Origin: a virus | Lineage: Duplodnaviria; Caudoviricetes | Virus record (IMG/VR): IMGVR_UViG_3300044724_001206 | Span: 1 to 32,270 of that record | DNA: 32,270 bases | Strand: one strand, 5' to 3' | In this document: positions 7,422 to 15,310 of the stretch, piece after piece | Numbering within the stretch: position 1 is the stretch's first letter | Layout: each line of letters begins with the position of its first letter | Notes under the pieces: generated by a model | Told to the model about the DNA's origin: nothing | Databases searched by the model: none | The model's input: the letters and a program-made list of their open reading frames with translations, nothing else | Made by a program: the position numbers and the translations under genes

Positions 7422-7659
7422 GGTTACACCGAAACATGATCTATCTTGGTACATTAAATGGGCGGCGACAGTTATTCTATTAACTGGCATGTCATTGACT
7501 AGCCTTGATGTTGCCCCCTTTAATCTGTTCTTTCATTTAGTGGGTGTGTCTGGTTGGTTAGTCGTGGGGATGTTGTGGCACGATCGCGCACTAATAACAA
7601 TCAATTCAGTAGGTGTATTTATTTTCTTGACAGGGATAGGTAAATACTATATTATGTAA
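7405..7659 (+). CDS. Three-TM membrane protein, DUF6552-like
   Basis: WYIKWAAT...G, P.NL..HLVG..GWLVVGMLWHDRALI..N pattern. Confidence 0.75.
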   Translation: MNQIFKVTPKHDLSWYIKWAATVILLTGMSLTSLDVAPFNLFFHLVGVSGWLVVGMLWHDRALITINSVGVFIFLTGIGKYYIM

Positions 7660-7677
7660 TTCAATAAGGAGGTGTGT

Positions 7678-7788
7678 GTGAAACAACTTTATAAATATAT
7701 TGCAAACAAAATACGTACGTTCAAGAAGTGGACAATGCGTAAGTACAAACCTCATAAAAAATATATGAGAGGAAGGAAGACCAAATGA
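7678..7788 (+). CDS. 36 aa very basic peptide (GTG start; not in ORF track)
   Basis: MKQLYKYIANKIRTFKKWTMRKYKPHKKYMRGRKTK; SD TAAGGAGGTG; ATGA overlap with the next gene. Confidence 0.65.
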   Translation: MKQLYKYIANKIRTFKKWTMRKYKPHKKYMRGRKTK

Positions 7789-8054
7789 AATTTGATGTAA
7801 CAACAAGTCATATGTTTACACAGCATTGGATAGTAGACGCAAAGGACAAGGACGCAGCGGCGCAACAAGTCATGCAGTCTGACATGAAGTTTGATAAACC
7901 AAGTCGTAAGTTTGTATCAAACAAATTGACAATGGGTTTGGTTACAATACCAGACGCCAAGATTATGGCAGTCGAACCGCTTGACCAATTAGAAACAAAC
8001 TATGATGAAATCAAAGTGGAAGACGTACCTTATGAAGGGACAGACCCAGAATGA
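7785..8054 (+). CDS. Hypothetical protein
   Basis: 89 aa, coupled overlaps on both sides. Confidence 0.75.
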   Translation: MKFDVTTSHMFTQHWIVDAKDKDAAAQQVMQSDMKFDKPSRKFVSNKLTMGLVTIPDAKIMAVEPLDQLETNYDEIKVEDVPYEGTDPE

Positions 8055-8176
8055 AAATAGATGTACGAAGTAACGAGTCTTTATATGTAGAACTCAATGG
8101 TTGGGTATACTACATTGATGATTCAACAGGCGAGCAGATCGTAAACAAATGGAGAGCTGATGACCAAGACGAATGA
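8051..8176 (+). CDS. 41 aa hypothetical protein (not in ORF track)
   Basis: MKIDVRSNESLYVELNGWVYYIDDSTGEQIVNKWRADDQDE; ATGA overlap; fills the gap. Confidence 0.7.
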   Translation: MKIDVRSNESLYVELNGWVYYIDDSTGEQIVNKWRADDQDE

Positions 8177-8393
8177 GTTAGAAATACCAACAGAACTTTT
8201 AGAAAAAGATCCGTTAGAGTTGGCCGAGAATCAACAAGACATAGATACAATCATTGCGTATTTAAAAGCAACTCGTGAGAATATTAGAGCCGCGGAAAAA
8301 TCTGGTAAAAGAATTACAGGTAAGACAGCGAGAACAAAAACAAAACCCGTTACTGAGGGGAGCATACTCGATGTGTTAGTTAAAGATGTCTAA
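8160..8393 (+). CDS. Hypothetical protein
   Basis: 77 aa; SD GGAG. Confidence 0.75.
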   Translation: MTKTNELEIPTELLEKDPLELAENQQDIDTIIAYLKATRENIRAAEKSGKRITGKTARTKTKPVTEGSILDVLVKDV

Positions 8394-9339
8394 GCCAGAT
8401 AAAGTACCTAAGTATATTTATGTAAACGATAAACCAAAACAAGTGGTGTGGGATACGTCAAGCCTTTCAACTTTCTTGGCGTGTCCTCGTTTATATAATC
8501 TAACAAACCTACGCGGGTATAAGTTAAAGAGTTATGGTACGGTCACGGGCTTTGGTTCCGCAGTGCATGACGCATACGAGATACTGGATAGGGGCAGGTT
8601 TCATGGTAAAGATAAACAAGAGACAATGCGTGAAGCTATTACATATACTTTAAAAACATACGGCCCAGATCTTGCACAAGCAGAAGATAAAGCGAGAGGA
8701 TTAGAAGCTACCCTTCGTGCAATCGTGTGGCGCGTAGAAGAATACTGGGATGATAACATTAAGATTGCGGCCATGCCAGATGGCGAGCCGTGTCTTGAGA
8801 AAAGATTTGAAGTACCTTTTGGTGAGACAGGTAAAAGATTTTCTGGCAGGATAGATAAGATTGTAGAGTTTGAAGGTGGCTTGTATTTATGTGATACCAA
8901 AACAACAAAGGCATCTTTATCTGAAATGTATTTCAGAATGTACCAACCAAACAATCAAGTGTATGCGTACCTATGGGCGGCGCGTCACATATTAGATTTA
9001 CCAGTGCGTGGATTTATTATTGATGCAGTACAAACAGGTGTGCATTTTTGCAGATTCAATCGTGCAGTATTTAATGTATCTAACTTATCTATTGATGAGT
9101 GGTACCATGACACAGCATATAATTTAAATGTGTCCGACACATACCATGAACATGAATACTACCCAGCTAACTTTACATCGTGTGGAAATTATGGTGGATG
9201 TAAGTTTAGAGAGATGTGTTCTGAATCACCCGATCATCGCATGACTATACTGAATGAAGACTTTGAAGTCTCGTTACATAATGACCTCGTTCGTGAAGGC
9301 GAGATCATTGACGCAAAAGAATTGTTTGGTAAAAAATAA
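8386..9339 (+). CDS. PD-(D/E)XK exonuclease, Cas4/AddB-like, with probable Fe-S cysteines
   Basis: SSL..F..CPR, GSAVH, E.RF, GRIDKI, DTKT, Q...Y motifs; C-terminal C.....C.....C. Confidence 0.88.
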   Translation: MSKPDKVPKYIYVNDKPKQVVWDTSSLSTFLACPRLYNLTNLRGYKLKSYGTVTGFGSAVHDAYEILDRGRFHGKDKQETMREAITYTLKTYGPDLAQAEDKARGLEATLRAIVWRVEEYWDDNIKIAAMPDGEPCLEKRFEVPFGETGKRFSGRIDKIVEFEGGLYLCDTKTTKASLSEMYFRMYQPNNQVYAYLWAARHILDLPVRGFIIDAVQTGVHFCRFNRAVFNVSNLSIDEWYHDTAYNLNVSDTYHEHEYYPANFTSCGNYGGCKFREMCSESPDHRMTILNEDFEVSLHNDLVREGEIIDAKELFGKK

Positions 9340-9342
9340 GTG

Positions 9343-9370
9343 TTGACAAAAATTTTAATTATGATAATAT
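9343..9370 (+). promoter_or_regulatory. sigma70-type promoter for replication genes
   Basis: TTGACA -N16- TAATAT with TGn extension, in the intergenic gap. Confidence 0.6.
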
Positions 9371-9391
9371 TACAAAATACAGGAGATAAAT

Positions 9392-10204
9392 ATGGCAAGT
9401 ATAAAGAATCATACATCAGTAGATGTAACCAAGCTACTACTCGTAGGAGATAGTGGCTCTGGGAAAACGGCTTCATTAGCCACCCTTGCAAATGCAGGAT
9501 ACAAGTTACGTATCTTAGATTACGACAACGGCTTAGACATTTTACCCGAGTTCCTAACGGACACAGGTGTCAACAACGTTTCTTATGTAACGTTGAAAGA
9601 TCCTATGGGTAAAGCGGAGGCATTTCGTAAGGGGGCAGCTTTGATTTCCAACTGGAAAGATGGCGACGAAGAGTTCGGCCCTGTATCTAAATGGACTAAC
9701 AAAGATGTGTTAGTTATTGATAGCTTAACGTTAATGGGTGAGGCGGCACTTCGTGCGGCTCTTGTTTTTAACAATAAGAAATCTACAGATCAAGCCTCGC
9801 AACCCGAATGGGGAACGGCGGCTCGTGATGTGCAACATATCATACAGTACATTACAGGATCGGAAACGCCTTGTAACGTTGTTGTTACAACGCACATGCA
9901 ATACATGGAAGGAGACTTGGGAGTGTCCAAAGCATACCCAACTAGCGTAGGTTCTAAACTATCTACAAAGCTAGGAAGATACTTCAACTGTGTATGCAGA
10001 ATTGATACACGTTCTTCTAGCAAAGGAACCGAGCGTACATTACGTACTGTATCTGATCATAGAATGGATCTCAAAGTTACTGCACCAAGTCTTATTGGTC
10101 AACAAACTGAGTTGGATCTAGCTAAACTGTTCAGTGCAATACAACAAAATGCACGCAAAAAATTGTCGGCTGACAATGTAGTAAACCTAAAAGGAGGTAA
10201 TTAA
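9392..10204 (+). CDS. P-loop ATPase, AAA_24/Sak4-like recombinase
   Basis: Walker A GDSGSGKT, Walker B VLVIDSLT, VVVTTH; sits between an exonuclease and an SSB-like gene. Confidence 0.82.
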   Translation: MASIKNHTSVDVTKLLLVGDSGSGKTASLATLANAGYKLRILDYDNGLDILPEFLTDTGVNNVSYVTLKDPMGKAEAFRKGAALISNWKDGDEEFGPVSKWTNKDVLVIDSLTLMGEAALRAALVFNNKKSTDQASQPEWGTAARDVQHIIQYITGSETPCNVVVTTHMQYMEGDLGVSKAYPTSVGSKLSTKLGRYFNCVCRIDTRSSSKGTERTLRTVSDHRMDLKVTAPSLIGQQTELDLAKLFSAIQQNARKKLSADNVVNLKGGN

Positions 10205-10644
10205 TGGCTGATATTCAAGACTTTTTATCGATGAACCCGGATGACGTACAGGAATCCATAGTGCTACCAGAAGGTAGCTATGACTTTGTGATCACCTCGT
10301 ATCGTTCGGATAAAGTTGGTGAAAACCAAAACGAAATCGTAAGACTCAACGTCAAGGCAAATGCTGTCTTGGAATCTGAGATTACGGACGGTGACTTAGA
10401 TCACTGTGAACCTACCAGACTAGAGTTCTGGGCGACATCCCGTGCAATGGGGCAAGGGAATCCTGTCATCTCAATCAAGAAGTTCTTAACCAACACCTTG
10501 AGTTTGAGTGGCGCTAGCTTTGGCGAAATGCTAGAGCAAAGCATCGGTCAAACTTTCTCTGGTGTGGTAAAGCACGAGATGGTAGGCAGGAATAAAGACA
10601 TCCTGCAAGCGTCTGTTAAACGAATAATTAACAAGGCGGCATAG
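10204..10644 (+). CDS. DUF669-like putative ssDNA-binding protein
   Basis: LPEG.Y...I N-terminal motif, beta-rich; typical position after Sak4. Confidence 0.65.
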   Translation: MADIQDFLSMNPDDVQESIVLPEGSYDFVITSYRSDKVGENQNEIVRLNVKANAVLESEITDGDLDHCEPTRLEFWATSRAMGQGNPVISIKKFLTNTLSLSGASFGEMLEQSIGQTFSGVVKHEMVGRNKDILQASVKRIINKAA

Positions 10645-10648
10645 ACAG

Positions 10649-11725
10649 ATGGGTGAGTATGCAGTAAATAAAAACGTAGCATCGCAACTTACTGAGGGGG
10701 CAAGGATTGCGATAGTCATGGACTACCCGACCGTGACTGAAGTACGATTGAACAAGATGCTTGCCGGGGATTATATTCTTGGCAAAGTTTGTAAACTAGC
10801 AGGGATAAAGCTAGAAGATTGCATGCTCACCCACGTCTTTCAAAGACGACCGGCACAGGAAAACTTACAAAACTTTTTTCACAAGAGGAGTGAATACAAG
10901 GCTTTGTGCAAAGGTACAGAGTGGCGAACACCCTATCCGTCCTCGACGCTAGGGTTTCTCAAACAGGAGGCGCAACCACATCTGGAGAGGCTGTACAAGG
11001 AGATCAATGATATTAAACCTAATGTTATATTAGCACTGGGGGCAGTATCATTGTGGGCATTCACAGGGTATGATAAGATTGGAACTTATAGAGGGGCGCT
11101 CATCTCCTCTAACACCTCGCACATCAATGATGATATAAAAATAGTTCCCTCTTATGCCCTGTCGAGTGTCGCTAGAAATTACGCATTGAGATCTATCATG
11201 TATTCAGATTTCAAAAAAGCATTACAAGAATCAGAAACAACAGACATAGTAAATATAGAAAGAGAACTCTGGATCGAACCGAGTATAAACGACTTAGATA
11301 AATTTAAAGAAGACTTCATAAAGAAGGATAACGCAAAACAACCTTTGTCATTTGACATTGAAACAGCAGGCGGGCGAATAACTTGTATTGGGTTTGCCCC
11401 CTCTCCGACTCATGCCATTGTAGTTCCATTCACATACGGATACTGGAAGAATGATGATGAAACTAAAGCGTGGGACTGGGTTCGAGATTTACTAGAAGAT
11501 AAACAGATTGTAAAGGTGGCACAAAATCAATCATATGATGTGTCATGGTTAAAGTATAAACAAAACATAGATGTAAAGGGTATTGTACATGATACGATGC
11601 ATGCTCAACATTCTTTACAACCAGAAATGGAAAAAGGTTTAGGCTTCTTAGGCTCCATATACACTAACGAGGGTGCATGGAAAACTCTAGCCAAGTTTTC
11701 TGATAGCACGAAAGCCGATGAATAG
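10649..11725 (+). CDS. DNA polymerase A N-terminal subunit: degenerate uracil-DNA glycosylase-like domain fused to 3'-5' exonuclease (ExoI and ExoII only)
   Basis: UDG family 4-like EI..IKPNVILALGAVS; exonuclease motifs LSFDIET (I), AQNQSYD (II), HDTM; no ExoIII motif before the stop. Confidence 0.85.
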   Translation: MGEYAVNKNVASQLTEGARIAIVMDYPTVTEVRLNKMLAGDYILGKVCKLAGIKLEDCMLTHVFQRRPAQENLQNFFHKRSEYKALCKGTEWRTPYPSSTLGFLKQEAQPHLERLYKEINDIKPNVILALGAVSLWAFTGYDKIGTYRGALISSNTSHINDDIKIVPSYALSSVARNYALRSIMYSDFKKALQESETTDIVNIERELWIEPSINDLDKFKEDFIKKDNAKQPLSFDIETAGGRITCIGFAPSPTHAIVVPFTYGYWKNDDETKAWDWVRDLLEDKQIVKVAQNQSYDVSWLKYKQNIDVKGIVHDTMHAQHSLQPEMEKGLGFLGSIYTNEGAWKTLAKFSDSTKADE

Positions 11726-12078
11726 TGAAGCGACCAAATTACTTTTCTGCCAAAGACGTTGATGAACGTTGGGCGGATCAAGTCAACACCGTCCGACTCT
11801 GGCGTGCCGTTATTGATCAAGTCTTACAAGATTTAATTTACGAAGGCAAAGGAAAAGACGACAAGCGATCACATTTAACTGCATGGGAGTGGTTAAATGA
11901 TACAACAAAAGGTAATGACTTTGCGTTTGTCTGTGAGTTAGCAGACTTAGATGAAGCAAGAACACGTAAAGAAATTTACAAACTAATGGAGAAATTTTAT
12001 GGTAATAAATATAGAAGAAAACTTAAGACAAGCCTTGAAAATCTTAAAAGGGCCAAGAGAAAAAGAGTACGGAAATAA
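11725..12078 (+). CDS. Conserved phage hypothetical protein
   Basis: LWRAVI.Q..QD...A.EW...DF..VCELA.LD pattern; GTG overlaps the previous TAG. Confidence 0.75.
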   Translation: MKRPNYFSAKDVDERWADQVNTVRLWRAVIDQVLQDLIYEGKGKDDKRSHLTAWEWLNDTTKGNDFAFVCELADLDEARTRKEIYKLMEKFYGNKYRRKLKTSLENLKRAKRKRVRK

Positions 12079-12277
12079 AAAAGATAATCATGAAAACATC
12101 GCAGGTTTATGGTCAGCATATTTAGATACTAAAGTTTCAGCACACGATGTTTCCATCTTAATGTTACTGTTAAAGGTAGCAAGATTAAAGTCTGGTCAAC
12201 CTTCCAAAGATACATACGTAGACATGGTAGGGTATTCAGCAATAGCGGGGGAACTGAGTGATAAAAGTAAGCAATAA
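11999..12277 (+). CDS. DUF6378-like protein (all-alpha, possibly nucleotide pyrophosphatase-related)
   Basis: R..EYG....N..NIA.LWS.YL....HDV...M.LLKVAR......D..VD..GY signature. Confidence 0.8.
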   Translation: MVINIEENLRQALKILKGPREKEYGNKKDNHENIAGLWSAYLDTKVSAHDVSILMLLLKVARLKSGQPSKDTYVDMVGYSAIAGELSDKSKQ

Positions 12278-13787
12278 TAATTTAGATTTAAAACCATACA
12301 ACGACGAGCAGATCAACTGGATATACTGTGCATTAGATTGTACGTTGACACAAGAGATTTGGTCTAAGATATCAGAAGAACTTGATGAGACAACAAAAGG
12401 TACGTATGAGTTTGAACTAAAAAGTCTCAAGCCTGCAATGGCTATGACGTTACGAGGTTTGAAAGTAGATGAAGATAAAGTCAAGGCAATAAAAAAACCT
12501 CTTAAAGAAAAGAGATTACGTCTTGAAAGAATGTTGCATTTGTTTTCACAAGCGGTATCTGGTAAAGATTTAAATCACAACAGCCCAGTGCAGTTGAAGA
12601 AACTTTTATATGAAGATTTAAATTTACCACCAGTTGTTTCTTATGCTAAAGGTAAACAAAAGATATCAACCAACAGAGATGCTTTAGAATCTTTATCTGA
12701 TTCTTATCCAAGAGCCAGACCTTTTTGCAGAACAATACTTGCACTACGTGACATTGATAAAAACTTAGGAGTGCTTGCGTCAAAGCGTGACCCTGATGGT
12801 AGAATAAGATGTTCTTATAATGTAGCAGGTACAGAGACAGGCAGGTGGTCATCAAGAGAATCACCATGGCGTACTGGTACAAACTTACAGAACATAACAA
12901 AAGATTTACGTGAAGTCTTTATACCAGATACAGGTAAGCAAATGTTTTATGCAGACTTAGAACAAGCGGAGTCGCGTGCCGTTGCATACTTGGCTGCGGA
13001 TGAAAATTATATCAGCGTGTGTGAAAGTACTGACTTGCATACTGAAGTTGTTAAAATGGTATGGCCTAACATGGGTTGGACAAACGATCCAAAACAAGAT
13101 AGAGCTATAGCAGATCGTAATTATTATCTACATCACAGTTACCGTGACATATGTAAACGAGCAGGACATGGAACAAACTATGGTGTGTCACCACACTCAC
13201 TAGCAAGACAGATAAAGATCAAAGTGTCACAGGCTACACGATTTCAGTTGCTTTATTTTGGTGGTGTGATATCATCAGTTAGTTTAGAAAGATGGCACAA
13301 ACAAGATCCAATGGGGGGCTATCAAGAATTGTTAGATATAGGAGAAAAGATTGGTAAAGATACGCTTAAGATTAGGGGGGCATTCCCGGGCATACGTGTG
13401 TGGCATAACACAATACAAAAAGAACTAATTGAGAAGGGTAGCTTGACAACACCTATGGGTAGGCGTAGACATTTTTGGGATAGACTAAAAGATGCGTCGA
13501 CCTTGCGTGCGGCGATTGCATTTGTACCGCAGTCAACAATAGGTGACTTGCTAAACTTAGGTTTGTGTCGAGTGTATGATGAACTACAAGAAGCAGGTGT
13601 AGAAATATTAGGTCAAGTACACGATGCAATACTGGGGCAATGTGATAAGGACAAAGTAAATGATCTTATGCCACAGGTTCTCGAGAGAATGCACAATCCA
13701 TTGATGGTCAATGGACGCAAAATGTTAATACCTTCTTCCGTAGAGGTGGGAGATAATTGGAAGGATTTAAAAACATGGACGATATAA
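12258..13787 (+). CDS. polA: Family A DNA polymerase catalytic subunit (ExoIII helix, thumb, palm, fingers)
   Basis: YCALD (ExoIII), NSP.QL..LLY, TETGRWSS, NLQNI, motif A ADLEQAE, motif B RDICKRAGHGTNYG, motif C QVHDA. Confidence 0.95.
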   Translation: MIKVSNNNLDLKPYNDEQINWIYCALDCTLTQEIWSKISEELDETTKGTYEFELKSLKPAMAMTLRGLKVDEDKVKAIKKPLKEKRLRLERMLHLFSQAVSGKDLNHNSPVQLKKLLYEDLNLPPVVSYAKGKQKISTNRDALESLSDSYPRARPFCRTILALRDIDKNLGVLASKRDPDGRIRCSYNVAGTETGRWSSRESPWRTGTNLQNITKDLREVFIPDTGKQMFYADLEQAESRAVAYLAADENYISVCESTDLHTEVVKMVWPNMGWTNDPKQDRAIADRNYYLHHSYRDICKRAGHGTNYGVSPHSLARQIKIKVSQATRFQLLYFGGVISSVSLERWHKQDPMGGYQELLDIGEKIGKDTLKIRGAFPGIRVWHNTIQKELIEKGSLTTPMGRRRHFWDRLKDASTLRAAIAFVPQSTIGDLLNLGLCRVYDELQEAGVEILGQVHDAILGQCDKDKVNDLMPQVLERMHNPLMVNGRKMLIPSSVEVGDNWKDLKTWTI

Positions 13788-13987
13788 ATAAATTATATGT
13801 AGAGAATGGAAAGATAATAGTAGAGGAACCTAATAAAGGCACAACCAAATGCGATGGAGCAGAGATTGAAGGGCCCTCCGTTTTAAAGCAAGACGATGAT
13901 GGAAACATATGGATAGAAACAAAAGCTAAAGTGGTAAAAATTGTGAAGATTCTGCCAGAAAACATTTCAATACCGAATGAAAAATAA
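13775..13987 (+). CDS. Small beta-rich hypothetical protein
   Basis: ATG 13775 in frame with track ORF; EIEGPS.L...WIET pattern. Confidence 0.7.
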   Translation: MDDINKLYVENGKIIVEEPNKGTTKCDGAEIEGPSVLKQDDDGNIWIETKAKVVKIVKILPENISIPNEK

Positions 13988-15246
13988 TGGCAAGAAAATT
14001 CAAAGACTTTGTTCAAGCGTCTGTTGACGCCATAAAAGATAGTCCAATACCAAAACCATTCGCTAAGTGGACAGCACTGTCTGCTATAGCCGGTGCTATG
14101 GGCAGACGTGTATGGTTTCCAATGGCAAACTATAACATTGGTTCTAATCTTTTTGTTATATTGATTGCACCACCGGGCAGAAATAAATCAGTAAGTTTGA
14201 TATTACCTTTCTCAAAAGTATTCAGCAGACTTACTACTCCTGTTGGTTCCACACCAGAAGATCATAATTTTAATTCTGGATTAGCGGAATATAATTTAAA
14301 AGATTATCCTTTGTATAGTATTCAAGATAGAATCACACCAGAAAAACTGGCAGTTGATATGACTAAAGTTACACGTATGGATATGCGGTTGGGTGATATT
14401 GAAAATGAGTTTCAATTTTATGATTCATCATTGACTCTTGTGACGTCAGAGTTCGGTACATTCATGGGTCGTAATGAAAGGTACTTACAAATGTTTCTTA
14501 CAGATATGTGGGATGCTAAAGATTCATACAGTCACAAAACAAAAACAGCAGGGGAGTATCTTATTCAAGGCCCTTGTTTAAACTGGATAGCTTGTGCTAC
14601 ACCGACACAGTTTGTTGACAACTTACCAGAAGACGCAAAGTCTCAAGGTTTGTTATCAAGAATTATACCTGTGTTTTATGAAGGCGAAAGAATACCACAA
14701 GACTTGCGACAAAAAGTTATTAGTGAACACACAATAAATGATTTACGAAATGATTTAAGTCTTATCGCAAAGATGCATGGGCCGATGCAGTTTGATAAAG
14801 AAGCTTTTGAAATTGCAAACCAAGAGATCTATGACAACATACAACCGGAACCAACTGATCCACACCTGTCCGAGTATGGGCAACGACGTGTATCACACTT
14901 CTTAAAGGTTGCTATGTCGGTATCAGCGGCGCGTAGTTCTTCACGTTTCATCACGAAGGGTGATTGGGAAACAACAAAAGAGATTATGTTTGATATGGAA
15001 AAAGACATGCCAAGAGCATTGGAAGGTTTTGGTATGGCAAAGACAGGGCGTATTGCTCACGACATGAAGGTGTGGCTAGATGCCACACTTGCTGCGAGTG
15101 GCAAGAACCATATGCAGTTGCGATTCTTTAAGAGAGAACTGTTAAGAAAGATACAAAATCCCGGCGAACTGGATCAAACCATCAAGGCGATGCAGGATTC
15201 TGGGTACATAAAGCTAGAAGGTAATTTAATTTTTCCAAAAAAGTAA
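13987..15246 (+). CDS. DUF3987/YfjI-like P-loop ATPase with C-terminal winged helix; candidate replicative helicase
   Basis: Variant Walker A APPGRNKS, ITPEKL, Walker B-like VTSEFG, GLLSR; directly downstream of polA. Confidence 0.7.
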   Translation: MARKFKDFVQASVDAIKDSPIPKPFAKWTALSAIAGAMGRRVWFPMANYNIGSNLFVILIAPPGRNKSVSLILPFSKVFSRLTTPVGSTPEDHNFNSGLAEYNLKDYPLYSIQDRITPEKLAVDMTKVTRMDMRLGDIENEFQFYDSSLTLVTSEFGTFMGRNERYLQMFLTDMWDAKDSYSHKTKTAGEYLIQGPCLNWIACATPTQFVDNLPEDAKSQGLLSRIIPVFYEGERIPQDLRQKVISEHTINDLRNDLSLIAKMHGPMQFDKEAFEIANQEIYDNIQPEPTDPHLSEYGQRRVSHFLKVAMSVSAARSSSRFITKGDWETTKEIMFDMEKDMPRALEGFGMAKTGRIAHDMKVWLDATLAASGKNHMQLRFFKRELLRKIQNPGELDQTIKAMQDSGYIKLEGNLIFPKK

Positions 15247-15275
15247 TTGCTTATGGAAACAAAAGATGCTATACT
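15247..15275 (+). promoter_or_regulatory. sigma70-type promoter for nrdAB
   Basis: TTGCTT -N17- TATACT with TGn extension. Confidence 0.65.
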
Positions 15276-15310
15276 ACAAAACTTTGTGTGTAAAATAATT
15301 GAGAGGAAAT

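Noticed and set aside
8386-9339. Cas4-like nuclease as evidence of CRISPR-Cas
   Set aside because: No repeat-spacer array or other cas genes; the context is a phage recombination module.
11726-12257. Intron or intein interrupting the polymerase
   Set aside because: The interval is filled by two coupled ordinary phage ORFs; no homing endonuclease motifs, intein termini or evident group I core.
11999-12277. DUF6378 plus unusual PolA as a 2-aminoadenine (Z) or other modified-base system
   Set aside because: No purZ, datZ or other base-modification enzyme is recognisable in the window.
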